64,000 bases of DNA, taken from contig CM052839.1 of NCBI GenBank assembly GCA_028534125.1, positions 14,136,001 to 14,200,000 of the forward strand, written 5' to 3'. The notes beneath the pieces were generated by a model. That model did no database searches. It saw only the letters and a program-made list of their open reading frames with translations, and had not been told where the DNA came from. Positions 25,741 through 37,433 of the stretch are shown one piece after another. Numbering within the stretch: position 1 is the stretch's first letter; each line of letters starts with the position of its first letter. The position numbers were made by a program, and so were the translations under genes. The stretch comes from Lama glama (lineage: Eukaryota).

Positions 25741-26012
25741 TTTTTTTTCTTTCTTTTTTTTAATTGAAGTATAGTCAGTTACAATGTGTCCATTTTTGGT
25801 GTACAGAACAATGTCCCAGTCATGCAGATACATTATGTAGAGACATTTTCATATTCTTTTTCATTTAAGGTTATTATAGGATATTGAATGCAGTTCCCTG
25901 TGCTATACAGAAGAAATTTGTTTTCCATCTGTCTTTGTATATAGTCGTTAATATTTGCAAATCTCAAACTCCCAATTTATCCCTTCCCACCTCCTTTCCC
26001 CCGGTAACCACA
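25741..26012 (-). mobile_element. Camelid/artiodactyl-type L1 3' end inserted in a MER5-like DNA transposon remnant (~25670-26060)
   Basis: Poly-T then aattgaagtatagtcagttacaatg ... ttccctgtgctatacag ... cccccggtaaccac. Flanks read as split MER5A-like sequence. Confidence 0.75.
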
Positions 26013-26499
26013 ATCACATACCGTATATTCAACAAACTCTCCAAACGATGCTGATGCATAATAAAATCATGTCCATACTCCTGAGTACTGCTGTCCCCAT
26101 TTTATATATGGGAACACTGAGACCCGAGGAAGTTAAACACCTTATCCCAATATTTTTAAGTGGGACTTGCACCTAGCACTGTCTTGTTCCAAAGAACTCC
26201 CCCCACGCCCCCACCTCCTCCCAGCCCAGGGAGGCCTGGCTTTCCCACTGCCCCGCATCACCCTGCTCCTGAAGGAACCTTCCAGAAGGGATGGTTTGGA
26301 ACTGTTGGACACAGCTTTACGCTGTGGTCTGGGGAGAGCATCACTGCACTGTGTTAGCCCCTGGAGACGACGGGTGTGTGGCTCCTGGCATAGTTGTTAA
26401 AAGGTGGACTCATAAACTCTTGGTCTCATCCTCTGTTTTTGAAACGACAGGCCTTTAAAGATGTTCATTGACTTCTCGCAAAAGCTTTGCAAATGAGAT

Positions 26500-26625
26500 G
26501 TTACTATTCCCATCCCACAGACGTGGAGACTGAGGCTCAGAGAGCTTTAGTTACTTGTGCAGGATCACCCAGCCAGTAAATAGCAGAATCAATGTGGGCT
26601 GAGGTCAGCCTGACTCGGGCTGTCC
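26500..26625 (-). mobile_element. MIR SINE (one of many; others near 5320, 8470, 12840, 21050, 21230, 26100, 34150, 39200, 45090)
   Basis: cccatcccacagacgtggagactgaggctcagagag..ttagttacttgtgcaggatcacccagccagtaaatagcaga, a MIR core. Confidence 0.75.
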
Positions 26626-28771
26626 GGAGTCTGTGTGGCTTTCCTCCTTGGGTCTGGTGTGGCACTGTCTGAGGGGCTCGGTGTGAGGAGGCCTCTCTGA
26701 CCGGGAGAACTGGGGAAGTCTCTGTGGAGGAGGCTGGATCGGAGAGTTTCAGGTGAGGAGAGAGAAGTTTGAGAAGGCTGGGGTGTATTCTGGGAATGAA
26801 GAGGAGTCCTGCTTGATTGAAATGTGTGGTTCCTTGTGGAGGTGGGGGCTGGGACGAGGGGGATGAAGCCAGGAGAGTGACAGGACAGATGGGGAAGGTG
26901 GGACGTTTTGTATCTCATGTGAAACTCCTTGCTCCTTAGTGTAAGAACAGCTGCCATAAATTCATCTCAGACTCACTCCCTTAATGTCATGAAGAAATAT
27001 TCCCCCTCCTAGTGGAGTGCGGCTCATTCTGCCTTTATTCAGAGAGAGACGTTGGTGGAACGATTTGTATTTTACCTTTTTGCCCTGGCCGCCGGGAAGC
27101 TCAGGCCCGATTTAGTGTCTACTTGTGGTAACTATCTTACCTGTCTGTTTCTTGGTGAAAAATGTCATCTTTCATTCAGTGTGGTTTCTAGTCTTCATTT
27201 CATTTTATCTAATTTGCCTTGGGGATAAATTATTAAAAACTACTGAAAATTCCTTCTGGAAACAGGCAAGATATATCCTTTAACTGTGTTTTAATGCCTG
27301 CTTAGAAGAAATGTAGACTTTCTTGCACTGTCGCAGGGAACAGCAGTGAGGGGCTGGGACAGGATAGTGAGTGACTAAAGCTTTCTTGCATTTTGATGAG
27401 CTGCTGGCAGGAGGTTGCTAGGAGGGGCATTTACCTCTTGGACAAGGGTTGAAGTCAGTCCTTGGGAACCTCAGGAGTCACTGAATATGAGGAAGGGGCT
27501 ACAGGCGTGTCTGCTGTGGGGCTCTGCGACCCTCCTGGCCCTGCCAGGTCTGAAGTCATGTCCCTCACACGACCCGCGACCTTTTCTTCCGTCTTCACAG
27601 CAGTCACTCCCTAGAACCACCTGGATTGGTTTTTGGCTCTTTTCAGGAGAAGGCACTGACGTTGTGTGGGGGCAGTGCTGGTCCTCCCAGCCCGGGTGCT
27701 GGGCTGCACTGGTTCCGAGGCGGCCCTCGGCTTTGCCTTCCACGCCGCCCCTGGGGGTGTGCATTGGGAACCAGCTCACAAACACAGAATGAGGCTTTTC
27801 CCTGCGGTCCAGGGAAGATCTGGACCGGAAGTCGCTAGGCTCGTTTTTCCCGGCACGCTTCCTGGGCCCAGGTCGCAGGGCACTCTGTGACCCAGGGATG
27901 GGAGCCCTGCCCCCTGGTCCCACCAGGGACACCTTTCCTGACTGGTCCCTGTGGGTGTGAGCAGGACAGAGCCAATCACAGCCTGAGCCTGGGCAGTGGC
28001 CCTTGCTGCTCCGTTCAGATTCGGGAGCATGTCTGAACACTGGCTATGTGCTGCAGAGTCCTTGGTCTCCCAGGGGCGGCAGGTCCGTGCGGGGCCAGCA
28101 GGCTGCAGGAGAGTCAGCGAGGGAGGCCGTGGGTCCCAGGGGAGCGCAGTTAATTCAGCGGAGGTGGTGTGCACTCGGGCGTCGGGGAGCAGCCGCGGAG
28201 TGAGAGGGGAAGGCCTGCGTTCCGGCCTCGGGGGATTAGTGTGCAGGGAACGCTTTATGCCGCCTGGCTTCACTTAGCATTCCTGCACTGATTTCCACTC
28301 AGCGACCAGGCCGAGAGATTTGTCATTTTCAAAAGCCACGTACATTTCCTGCCTTACTGATGTACCCTGGTGCTCAGCCACCCTCTCGTTTGCTGGGATT
28401 TGTCGAGAGAACAACAGAGCTTTTCTCAATTAGGCATCTTCGCAGAATCAGCGCTCCCCTCCCCCAACTTACTTCCTTAGGGGCGTGTTGCTGGGTCAAA
28501 GTTATCAATGGTTTTGTCTTTCCTTTTGAATATTTTTCTTCTTCTTATGGAAAGTTTCAAACATCTACAAAAGGAGAAAGGCCATTATGCTGAACTCCCA
28601 TGTATTTAGGGGTGAGTTTCAACAGTTAGAGTCAGGGCAGCTTTGGTTGATCTGCAGCCCACACTTTTCCTGTCCTGGATTGTTTTGTGATAAATCCCCG
28701 ACATGACAGAATAGAAGTACCAAAGTGTGTATTTCTAAAGGATAGGGATCTTAAAAAGTATAACCACAGCT

Positions 28772-28920
28772 GCGGAGGGTGTAGCTCAGTGGTGGAGCGC
28801 GTGCTTAGCACGCACGAGGTCCTGGGTACAATCTCCAGTCCCTCCGTTTAAAAAAAAAATCTAATAATAAATGAATAGACCTAAGGAACTCCCCTCCAAA
28901 AAATAAAGTAAAAATTTCAA
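28772..28920 (+). mobile_element. Camelid tRNA-SINE with extended tail, inserted in an old antisense L1MC fragment (~28530-29010)
   Basis: GGAGGGTGTAGCTCAGTGGTGGAGCGCGTGCTTAGC... Degenerate TSD AAAAAGTATAACCACAGC / AAAAAGTGATAACTATCAGC. Confidence 0.88.
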
Positions 28921-30377
28921 AAAAAGTGATAACTATCAGCACATCTTAAAGATTAATTTATAATGTCATGAAACACCTGGTCATCCAGCTGAACGTTTAA
29001 GATTTCTCTGCGTTTTCTGTGGCCATTCTTGGGGGGCCGAATGGTTGTCTGCACCAGCCTGTTTTCTTGGGAAGGCTTCCCTGGACGCATCCTGTGAGGC
29101 TGGGGCTCTGCCCTGAGCAGGGCACTTGCCGGCGGGTCCCGGCCTCTCTCTGGCCTCTGCCCCTTGCTGGCGTGGTCGGTGCTGCCTATGGGGGGCGGGG
29201 CTGGCTGCCCACCACTCCGGCTTCCTCGGGGGCACCTGGCTCCACCTGCCAAGAGTGAAGCCCAGGGTGCGCAGCCTTCGGGGCCGAAGATGCTGGATAG
29301 AGACGGTGTGTTTTCCTCCAGTAACCGCTCCAGGATGCGGGGAGATGCCGGCTCCCAGATGGACGGGGATCATCCTGCGTGCAGGCTTTGCTTGGCCTCT
29401 CTCAGGGTGTCCCGGTCAGCTCTGCGGAAAGTCACGCAGCCGTCAGCTACATAACTTGTGTGGGGAGTCCGCAAGCTCCGGACACTGTGCCAGTGGGAAC
29501 GCACACCCGGGCTGGGCCCCTTCCTCCTGTTCCAGACCACGGCTCCATGTCCGTGGACGCTCCCTGTTTGTTCTCGCTCTTGGTATCCTGGATGTTTTCA
29601 GTGGACGGATCACAGTGGCTGCGCAGACGGTCCAGAACCCTGCGAGGCTTGGCTTTGGAACGCAGGTCCCGTGTGCCTTCTGCCTGCACCCCCCGCGCCG
29701 GCCCAGACTGTCGGTCCTCCCTCTGGTCCTCCCCCTGGCCTGGGTGCCCTGCAGGTGGCAGAAACACCCAAGTCATGGGTGACCTGCTCTGGGACAAGGG
29801 GCACTCACTGGGAGGCCTGGGCAGGACGAAGATGCCCTTGGAGAGATGGCAGGTCGGAGGCTTTCATCCCACGGGAGAGCGGACTTTGTCGTCAGCTCGA
29901 GTTTCCCTCGTGTCCAGGACAGACTCACCCTGGGCCAGGCTCGCCTTGCGGGAAGAACTAAACAGCTGAGTGTCGCTCTGGTTGCGGGTTTGCCGTTTTA
30001 TTTCTTAGCTGTTTGCGGCACCGTCGCCGCCTCACTTCCTTACAAAATAGCAGGACCAGGAAAAGTGAAGATTTGCCTCTGAGCCAAGTATTTCAACATC
30101 CTGATTATTTTTGCCTTTTCCATTTCTCTTTCAGGCATTATGCATATGCATCCTTTTTTAAAAATAGTTTTATGTCTTATATTCTTTACACCATTGCAAA
30201 AAGTTCCTGTGTGGTTTTAATAATGATTGCTTATAATGGCTCTGTGGTATCTAAGTTGGTATATATGCCATCGTTTACTTAGCCACCACTTTTTTTACCT
30301 CATCTTTGGGAAGTTTTAAGGATTTTAAATAATAGTGCATTGAGCATGTACGTTCCTGTGTGTAGCTCCCCGCCTTG

Positions 30378-31175
30378 TTTTTACAGCTTTTCTGAGATAC
30401 AGTTCGCATGCTACACCACTCGCCCATTCAAAGCGTGCAGCTCAGTGGTTTCTGGCACTCAGGCAGGGTCGCGTGGCCGCTGCCGCAGTCCGCCGCTTCA
30501 GGGCCTCTGCTCGTTCCGTGCCCGTTAGCCGTCGCTGCGCCCCAGCCCCAGGCGGCCACTCCACCACTTTCTGTCTCTGTATATTTGCCTGGCTAGACAT
30601 TTCCTATCAAAGGACTCATCCAACCTCTGTTGTTGTTTTTCCCGTTTGAGAAACTGTGGTAAAATATGCATAACATAAAATGTGTCATTTTAACCGTTTT
30701 TAAATGTGCGGTTCAGTGGCACCAAGTACATGCGTGTGGTGGTGCAGCTGTCGCCACCGTTCCTACCCAGAACTCTTCCATCTTCCCAGACTGCAACCCT
30801 GTGCCCCTTAAATGCTCACGCCCCGTCCCCCGGACCCTGGCAGCCCCCGCCTACCCTGTGTCTCCGTGAATTTGTCTGCCCCAGCTCCCCGTGTAAGTGG
30901 TGTCATGTCCGAGTTGTCCTTTTGTGAGTGGCTTCCTCACTGGGCATGATGCCTTCACGGTTCACCCACGTCGTAGCACGTCTCTGAATTTCATTCCTCT
31001 TTATTGCCAAATACTGTTCCTCTGCACGGCTAGACTGTGTCTTGTTTCTCTGTCTGCCGTTTGATGGGCATTGGGTTGTTTCAGAATTGCGGCTGGTCTG
31101 AGCACTGCTGCGGTGGGCAAAGACGTCTTTGAGTCCCTGGGCATCCCGAGCAGCGGAATTGCCAGGCTGCGTGGC
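30378..31175 (-). mobile_element. Two adjacent antisense L1M 3' ends (~30378-30630 and ~30650-31175)
   Basis: Two separate L1 termini: tttacagcttttctgagatacagttc and ctgtggtaaaatatgcataacataaaat. Confidence 0.75.
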
Positions 31176-34100
31176 TTTTTGCTTTGAAATAGCCCTTTAA
31201 GCCAAGAACCCTAAAGAGACTGTTAGGTCAGAGGACAGCAGCCTTTCCCAGCATGCCCTGGATGGCTCTTGCTCCCCAAAGGTTCCTAAACGTACGCGAC
31301 CTTCAGGACTGGGACGTTCTGCTTTGCCTGTAACCTCCCAGCAGCGGGCATCATTCTTGGAGATGTGTGTGTCAAGTGAAGAGTAAGACTCCAGCTCCGT
31401 CGTTTTGACGTGGCTGTTTTCTATTACGAGTTGCTGAGACGCGGCCTCTAGAGTGGAAACCAGCTACAGTGGGAGCCTCACTCAGGTGGTTGTTTCCGCT
31501 TGTCCCCACAGGTGCCTGCAGTGCTGGCAAGGAGGCTGTCCCTCCCACCCGGCTTCTGAGGGACACTCCCAGGAGCGGGGCAGAGTGAGCCCAGGGAACT
31601 TCCGGGGCCCCTCCTCCAGGCGCGGAATCTCGTAGTTGCTCTTCCAGGCCCAGAGGAGACGTTCCTTTTCAGCCTCACTCCTGTGTTGCCTGCGGTCCCA
31701 GCTAGTCCTGTAGCCAATCAGCACCTGGCTGGCCATGTGTGGCCCGGCCCGGCCCTGATCCCATGTGCCCACCCACTGGCAGGGACTTCGAGGGGCCCCC
31801 ACCCTCTGCCCCCCTCGGAAGGCGGCCCGCGGGTCCCGTCTGCAGAGTGGTCTGTACGTTAAGAACTGCATCCTGTTTCTTGGACATTTGTGGATGCCAG
31901 GCTCCCTGTCTCCTGTTTGGCGTCACTGATTCATGGGGCCCTCACGACTGCCTGTGATGAGGCAGGGCTGACTCCACGGGTGACCAAGCCAAGTAGGGGA
32001 GTGGGAGAGGTGTGCCTGGGGCTGGGTGACGGGGACTGGGCCCGACCTGCGTCCTCGCCCCCCGCTTCCTGCTGCAGCCCGTCCTCCGCTGCTGCTCCCT
32101 GGGGACTGCGTGGCTCGTCACTCTTCCACACAGCAGAAGGTGGCTTTGGCACGTCCACTGACTCGTCCCCCTCCGCTTTCCTGTTTCCCACGCACTCCAG
32201 TCACGACCCGTCACATTGTGCTGGTGTCCTGTTCACAGGTGTCCTACCTGGTGGCCTCCCTGAGGGGCAAGGCCTCCACCTGGCTTATCTTTCTGTGCCT
32301 CCAGCTGGTGCCCAGCGGGGAGGGGCCTCAGGTCAGGTTGAGGTGGAGCTGGGGAGCCTTCGGACGCTTTGCATTTTCCCCTCCGCAGGCCCAGCTTCCT
32401 GTCCCCTCAGGGTGCGCATGGGAGAGGAGAGATCTGCAGTGTGTCCCCCAGGAGCCAGGGGCCTTTTGTCTTCCCATTGGCGGGCCCACCACCTGGCTGT
32501 TAGAGCAGCCTGGGACCCGCTGGCACCGTCTCCCTGACCTGGACCCGGCCCCTGCGCAGCCCTACACCCCGCTGCCCGAGCCACCCAGCCCTTCTCCTGC
32601 ATGCACTTTCACCCCGTCAAGTACAGATGAGGAACAACAGCACACCCGCGGCTGCTCCCCGGGAACTTGAAAGCTGCGCCCCCCGCCCAGGGAATCCCAG
32701 CTGAAAAAGACCTGGGTCAGCAGCCTGGAGCCTGTGTGGCTATATCCACCTGTTTCCTCTGCTGCCTGGCCGGCCTGAAGGGCTCCTTCGTTTGGGGAGT
32801 GGGAGGACGTGGGGTCCTCACTGGGCCGGGCATGGAATTGTGGCTCGGACAGGGCTACCCTCTGGAACTGAGCTTTCCAGGTGGGAGAGTAAGTGGTGAG
32901 TTTGTGAATTTGTCAGCCTTTAGAGAAGACAGAAGGTTGACAAGAGAAGAAACCACAGTGCAGGGTGGCGTCCAGGGTCCATCCTGGACAAAGAAGGGCG
33001 TTAGTGGAGAAACTGGAGAAATCTGAGTGAAGCCTGGAGTGGAGCTGGAACCGTGCCAGGGTTCATTGTCCAGCTTGGACAAATGGACAGCAGTTATGCA
33101 AGACGTGGGCATTAGCAGAAACTGGGAGAAGGGCACGCGCGGGCCCTTGGACGATCTTTGCAACTTGTCAGTAAGTCTAAAGTTATTCTGATATTGAAAG
33201 TTTATTCATGGAAAAAAGCAACCACAAGGGAAGAGGCTGACCCCACACCTGACTGCACTTGACCCTTAACCCCATGCCCTCTTCACACTTCTTAGCCCAG
33301 ATCTGTAGCCTTCACCCGCAGAGCCAGGAGGCTGAGCTGCATCCACGAGCCCGGGCCTTCTGCTCTCGAGGCTGGGGTCCTCTTCGCCCCGGCCTTGTCT
33401 GGGGCTGTCGGGGTCCCAGGCCACGTGCACTGGGGTGGCCTTGGCCACGGTGTTGGCGGTGCTGCGACCTGCCGGCCGTGCCCTGCTGGGCTCATCGCCT
33501 TTCGGCTTTGCTTTCTTTCCTCTGAGAAGGGGCCGCTGGGCTAGGCGGGGAGGGCGTTGAGTAAGATACTGTCCGTCAGGAGCCTGGCCCAGCCGACACT
33601 GGTTCTCATCCCCTTCTGGGCCGCTCTGTGGGACTAGAGGTCAGTGGTTCTGTGGCAGCTTTGAGGGGAGACGTGGCCAGGGTGGAGGTGGCAGCGGCTC
33701 CATCCCCCTGCCTCGTAGGCCCTGTTTCCAGAGGTGACTTCGGCTTTGAGTAATTCATGAGGAATCTTCCAGCTGCTCACTAGGACCCCTCAGAGCTGGC
33801 CCATTCGGATCCCTGGAAATTGGCCTGGCTGTTCCTCCACCCTGCGGTGGGCCAAGCCCTTGGGGGGCTTCCTTCTGGAAGGGGAGCCCGTCCGGGCTCA
33901 GAAACCCAGAAATCAGAAAGGCTGGGTTGCTGTGGCCCCTCGGGTCGGCTGGGTGTTGCTTGCGGGCGGCTGCTTACCTGTAGGTGGCAGTGGTGACACG
34001 GGAATTGGAGGGAAGGGGTAGGGAGGTGGGGGGAGGGGAGAGGGGGAGGGGGGACCGGCCCCTGGAGGCAGGGCGCAGGGGCTCTGCTTCTTGCTGAGTT

Positions 34101-34825
34101 TGCTCGCCACAGCTGTGGGAGAAAAAATGCTGTCACTGCCGTGTTTTACAGATGAAGAGCCTTGAGGAGGTCACGTTTCTGCCCTGGGGTTACGTGGTAA
34201 CGGGCTGAAGTTTGGACCCACTCAAGCAGGGGTTCAGTGCCCTGCCCCGTCTCCACCATGATGCCCACTTCTGCTTCTTAGTCCAAAGGGAGCCCACAGG
34301 GACAGCTGGGCGCCCAGCTCTGACCTCTCCAGGCCACCCAGGGCCCCAGAGGGTTTATAGCTGCCCCTTCGCGGCAGCAAGGCCAAACGCTCGTGGACTT
34401 GAAGATGTGCCGCCCACCCCGCAGCTCCCGGTGCAGGTGGGGAGCCGGGGATGGCCTCACGGCTCGTCAGGCCGGTCAGATGGGAAGCACCTCTCAGAAC
34501 AGCGTTAGAATGGCCCTGAGAGGTTGGCCCTTGCACGGGCTGTACCTGTCTGACGGCTCCCTTGGGATCACCTCTGCGTAGGCTCTGGGACTGGCACTCA
34601 GCAGGACAGGTAGGCGGAGCGAAGGCTCCGCAGACCAAAGGGGTCTGGCAGCCTTCTCGGGGCCGGACGCAGAGGTGCTGGAGCCCTCTGGACATGGCCG
34701 TGGGCCCTGCCCTCACACTCCAGCTGAGAACCTACTTGTCTGTGAAGTGAGGACTCCGCTCACCTGGATCTTCTCTTCCCCTTTCTTTGCTGCCAGTGTC
34801 CGAGAGGGCCTGGTAAAGCTGTACG

Positions 34826-35362
34826 TCAGCCAGCGATGCCCGCTCTCACCGCTTCTGTGCAGCACGGCATTGGAAGTTCCAGCCAGAGCAGTCAGGCGGG
34901 AAAAGAAGGAGAAGGCATCCGAACGGGAGAGGAAGAAGTAGGGTTACTTCTGTTCACGGATGACATGACCTTTATGCCAAGAACACCAAAGACTTCATTA
35001 AAAAAAAATGAGAAAAACTCTTAGAACTAATAAACAGAGCTAGCAAGGCTGCAGGATATGAAATCAACACTCAAAAATCAGCTGTGTTTCTGTATGTTAA
35101 CAACGAACAATCCGAAAAGGAAACGAAGAAACCAGCGTCATTTACGGCAGCTTCAGAAAGAGTGAAGTCCCTAGGAACTGCCCAAAGAGGTGAAGGGCTC
35201 TCACTCTGGACCCTGTGAAACACTGCTGAAGGGAGTCAAAGGGGGCAGAAGCAAGTGGAAAGATACCCCATGCTCATGGCTCAAAGACTTCATGCCTTTA
35301 AGATGACTGTACTCCCCGAAGTGGTCTGCAGATTCAGTGCAGCCCCGATCAAAATCCCACCG
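34826..35362 (+). mobile_element. L1 ORF2 fragment (RT region and downstream), degenerate
   Basis: Residual peptides QRCPLSPLL..LEVPARAVR.EK, LLLFTDDM (FADDM-like) and RFSAAPIKIP appear in the ORF track. Confidence 0.9.
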
Positions 35363-35441
35363 TTTTTTTTTAAGAGGGTATTAAGTCATTTATTGATTAC
35401 ACACGATAATGGACGGTACACAGGCTTCATTCCCATCTGTA
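35363..35441 (-). pseudogene. Short retrocopy of an mRNA 3' terminus, probably HNRNPA1
   Basis: Minus strand reads TACAGATGGGAATGAAGCCTGTGTACCGTCCATTATCGTGTGTAATCAATAAATGACTTAATACCCTCTT(A)9. It has AATAAA plus poly(A) and closely matches my recollection of the HNRNPA1 distal 3' UTR end. Confidence 0.75.
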
Positions 35442-35724
35442 GCAAATGCTTTATGGTTCTGCTCGTACGAGGAACTTAGAGGAGTCAAGTCCATAGAGAC
35501 AGACAGTGGTAGGGTGGGGTCCAGGCGCGGGGGGAGGGGCGGGTGAGTGTCTAGCAGGGACAGGATCTCAGTTTGGGACAATGAGAACCTTCTGGAGATG
35601 CCAAGGGTGTTGGCTGCCCAACAGTGCCAGGTGCTTAATACCCCTGGACCGTACACTTAAAAATGACGAAAATGGTCAATTTCACATTGTGTATATTTAT
35701 GTCTATTTTACTACAATAAGAAAA
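35442..35724 (+). mobile_element. L1MB-type ORF2 end and 3' UTR
   Basis: tagaggagtcaagtccatagagacaga ... ttctggagatg ... gtacacttaaaaatg ... attttactacaataagaaaa. Confidence 0.85.
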
Positions 35725-37321
35725 GTCACCAAAACAGAAGAAAAAGTACGCATAGGCCAGTGTCCTCGCGCAGTGGGGACTAGAGGGCTGGGGCTCGGCG
35801 ACCATGTGGCCCTGTCACCGTGGTGGACAGGAAACAGCACCCAGGAGGGCAAGGGAAGCAGGTCCGAGGCTCAGGGTATCTGGCGGGGCCGGGACCGAGC
35901 CAGGGCCACGCGGCGCCCCGTCCTCCCTGGGCCTCGGGCTGCCCTCCCGCTGCTGTGTCCCAGCACCCCGCTCTTGCTGGCCAGTGGCTGGATGGCTGCG
36001 TCATGGTTCCTGCCGGGGCAGGACCCGAACCACCTGGAGCTGGTGGAGCAGGTACAACCTGCCTCGTGCCCACCGGCTCTGATGGGAAGGCACGGGGCTG
36101 GACCCAGGCAGGAGGGTTTTTAAATGAAAGCGTCCTGGTGATTCCTACCTGCAGCCAAGGTTGGGACTCAGCGGCCTATGACTCCCCGTCTCCCTGGCCC
36201 TGCGCCCTCTCTAGCTGCAGGGGAGAGTGGGGCCCTCAGGACTTCACACCATCTCTGGCTCCTTTTTTCTGGCTTCTCTAGTCCTGTGTGCTCTGCTTGA
36301 AGAGGTTGGTGTTGTCTTTCGGGGTGGGGGGGTGCCATCACTCCTCCTCCCTGGGTTCCATGGCACCAGGGCCTGGGGACCCAGCCAACTCGGAGTTCTG
36401 TGGCTGTTCTCCGCCTCCCTGTCCTCGGGCCGAGGACGGTGGAGGGCTCACCTCAGGCTGCCAGTCTCCAGTACGTGGCACAGGGACCTTGGGGTTTCAT
36501 TTTGCCTTCAAGTTACCAAGGAAGCTAGTTTGGTAGCCTGCAGGCCAGTCAGGTGTAGTCTGTGTTCCTCGCGGCCCTTTTTCTGCCTAAGTGGGGAGAG
36601 GCGCAGCGTTCGCACCTGTTCACACCCGTCTCTCTGGTGGAGGGGGAGCCGCTGCAGCCCGCGTTCACAGAGCATGTAGGACTTGGAGCAGGAGACGGTG
36701 GTGGCTCTGAGCAGTGCTGGGATTGACCTTTTTTTCCACCTGGCTGCTCTGTGCCCACCTGCCTCCCTTGCACCCAGTAATCCCAAAGGTTCGCCTCACA
36801 TTGCTGGGGCATGTCGCCAGATGAGCATCCTGCCCATTCAGACCCCGGCCCCTCCCCTCATCGCCCAGCAGGAAGCCGCCTCCAGGCTTCTTCCCTCACT
36901 CTGGACTGTGGGGGAGGCGGGAAATGTGGCCGCGTTTCTCCATTCCCACCAAAAGGATGTTGCTGAATGCAAAATGCTCAAGCCAGCCCTCTTGTGCCTT
37001 CTGCTGCTGACTGCTTCTGAAGTCACTATATTTAACATCAAAGTGGAGCAAGCAGCAGCGGGAACCACGCCGCTGGACCGTGAGGCTCCTCCCCGAAGGA
37101 CTGCCTCAGATTTCAGACGGCCTGGGAGAGCTGGGCGTGGGGGGAACAGGCCGAGACAGAGCACTGACATTGCTGTCAAGCCGACCTTCAGGGCAGCCTG
37201 GCCCCCAGCCTGAGCCAGGCAGGAGGCAGCCTTTTCTGAATGGAGAAAATGCCATGGCAACAGCATCAGGAGGACGTGCTCTCTCATGCTGCAGGCTTAA
37301 TGGGAGCTGTGTCTGTCCGGC

Positions 37322-37433
37322 TCAGCCCCACCCAGCCCAGCCCAGCCTTGCTCAGCCCTGCTCTGCCCTGCTCTGCCCTGCTCTGCCCTGCTCAGGCCAG
37401 CCCTACCCAGCCCAGCCCAGCGCAGCCCAGCCC
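37322..37433 (+). repeat. Pentanucleotide repeat (CAGCC)n with (CTGCTCTGCC)n core
   Basis: 5-nt periodicity over ~110 nt. Confidence 0.9.

Noticed and set aside
27394-27490. TGATGA ... CTGA as a C/D snoRNA
   Set aside because: C box lacks the leading purine, the terminal stem is weak, there is no recognisable guide, and it is far from any splice site.
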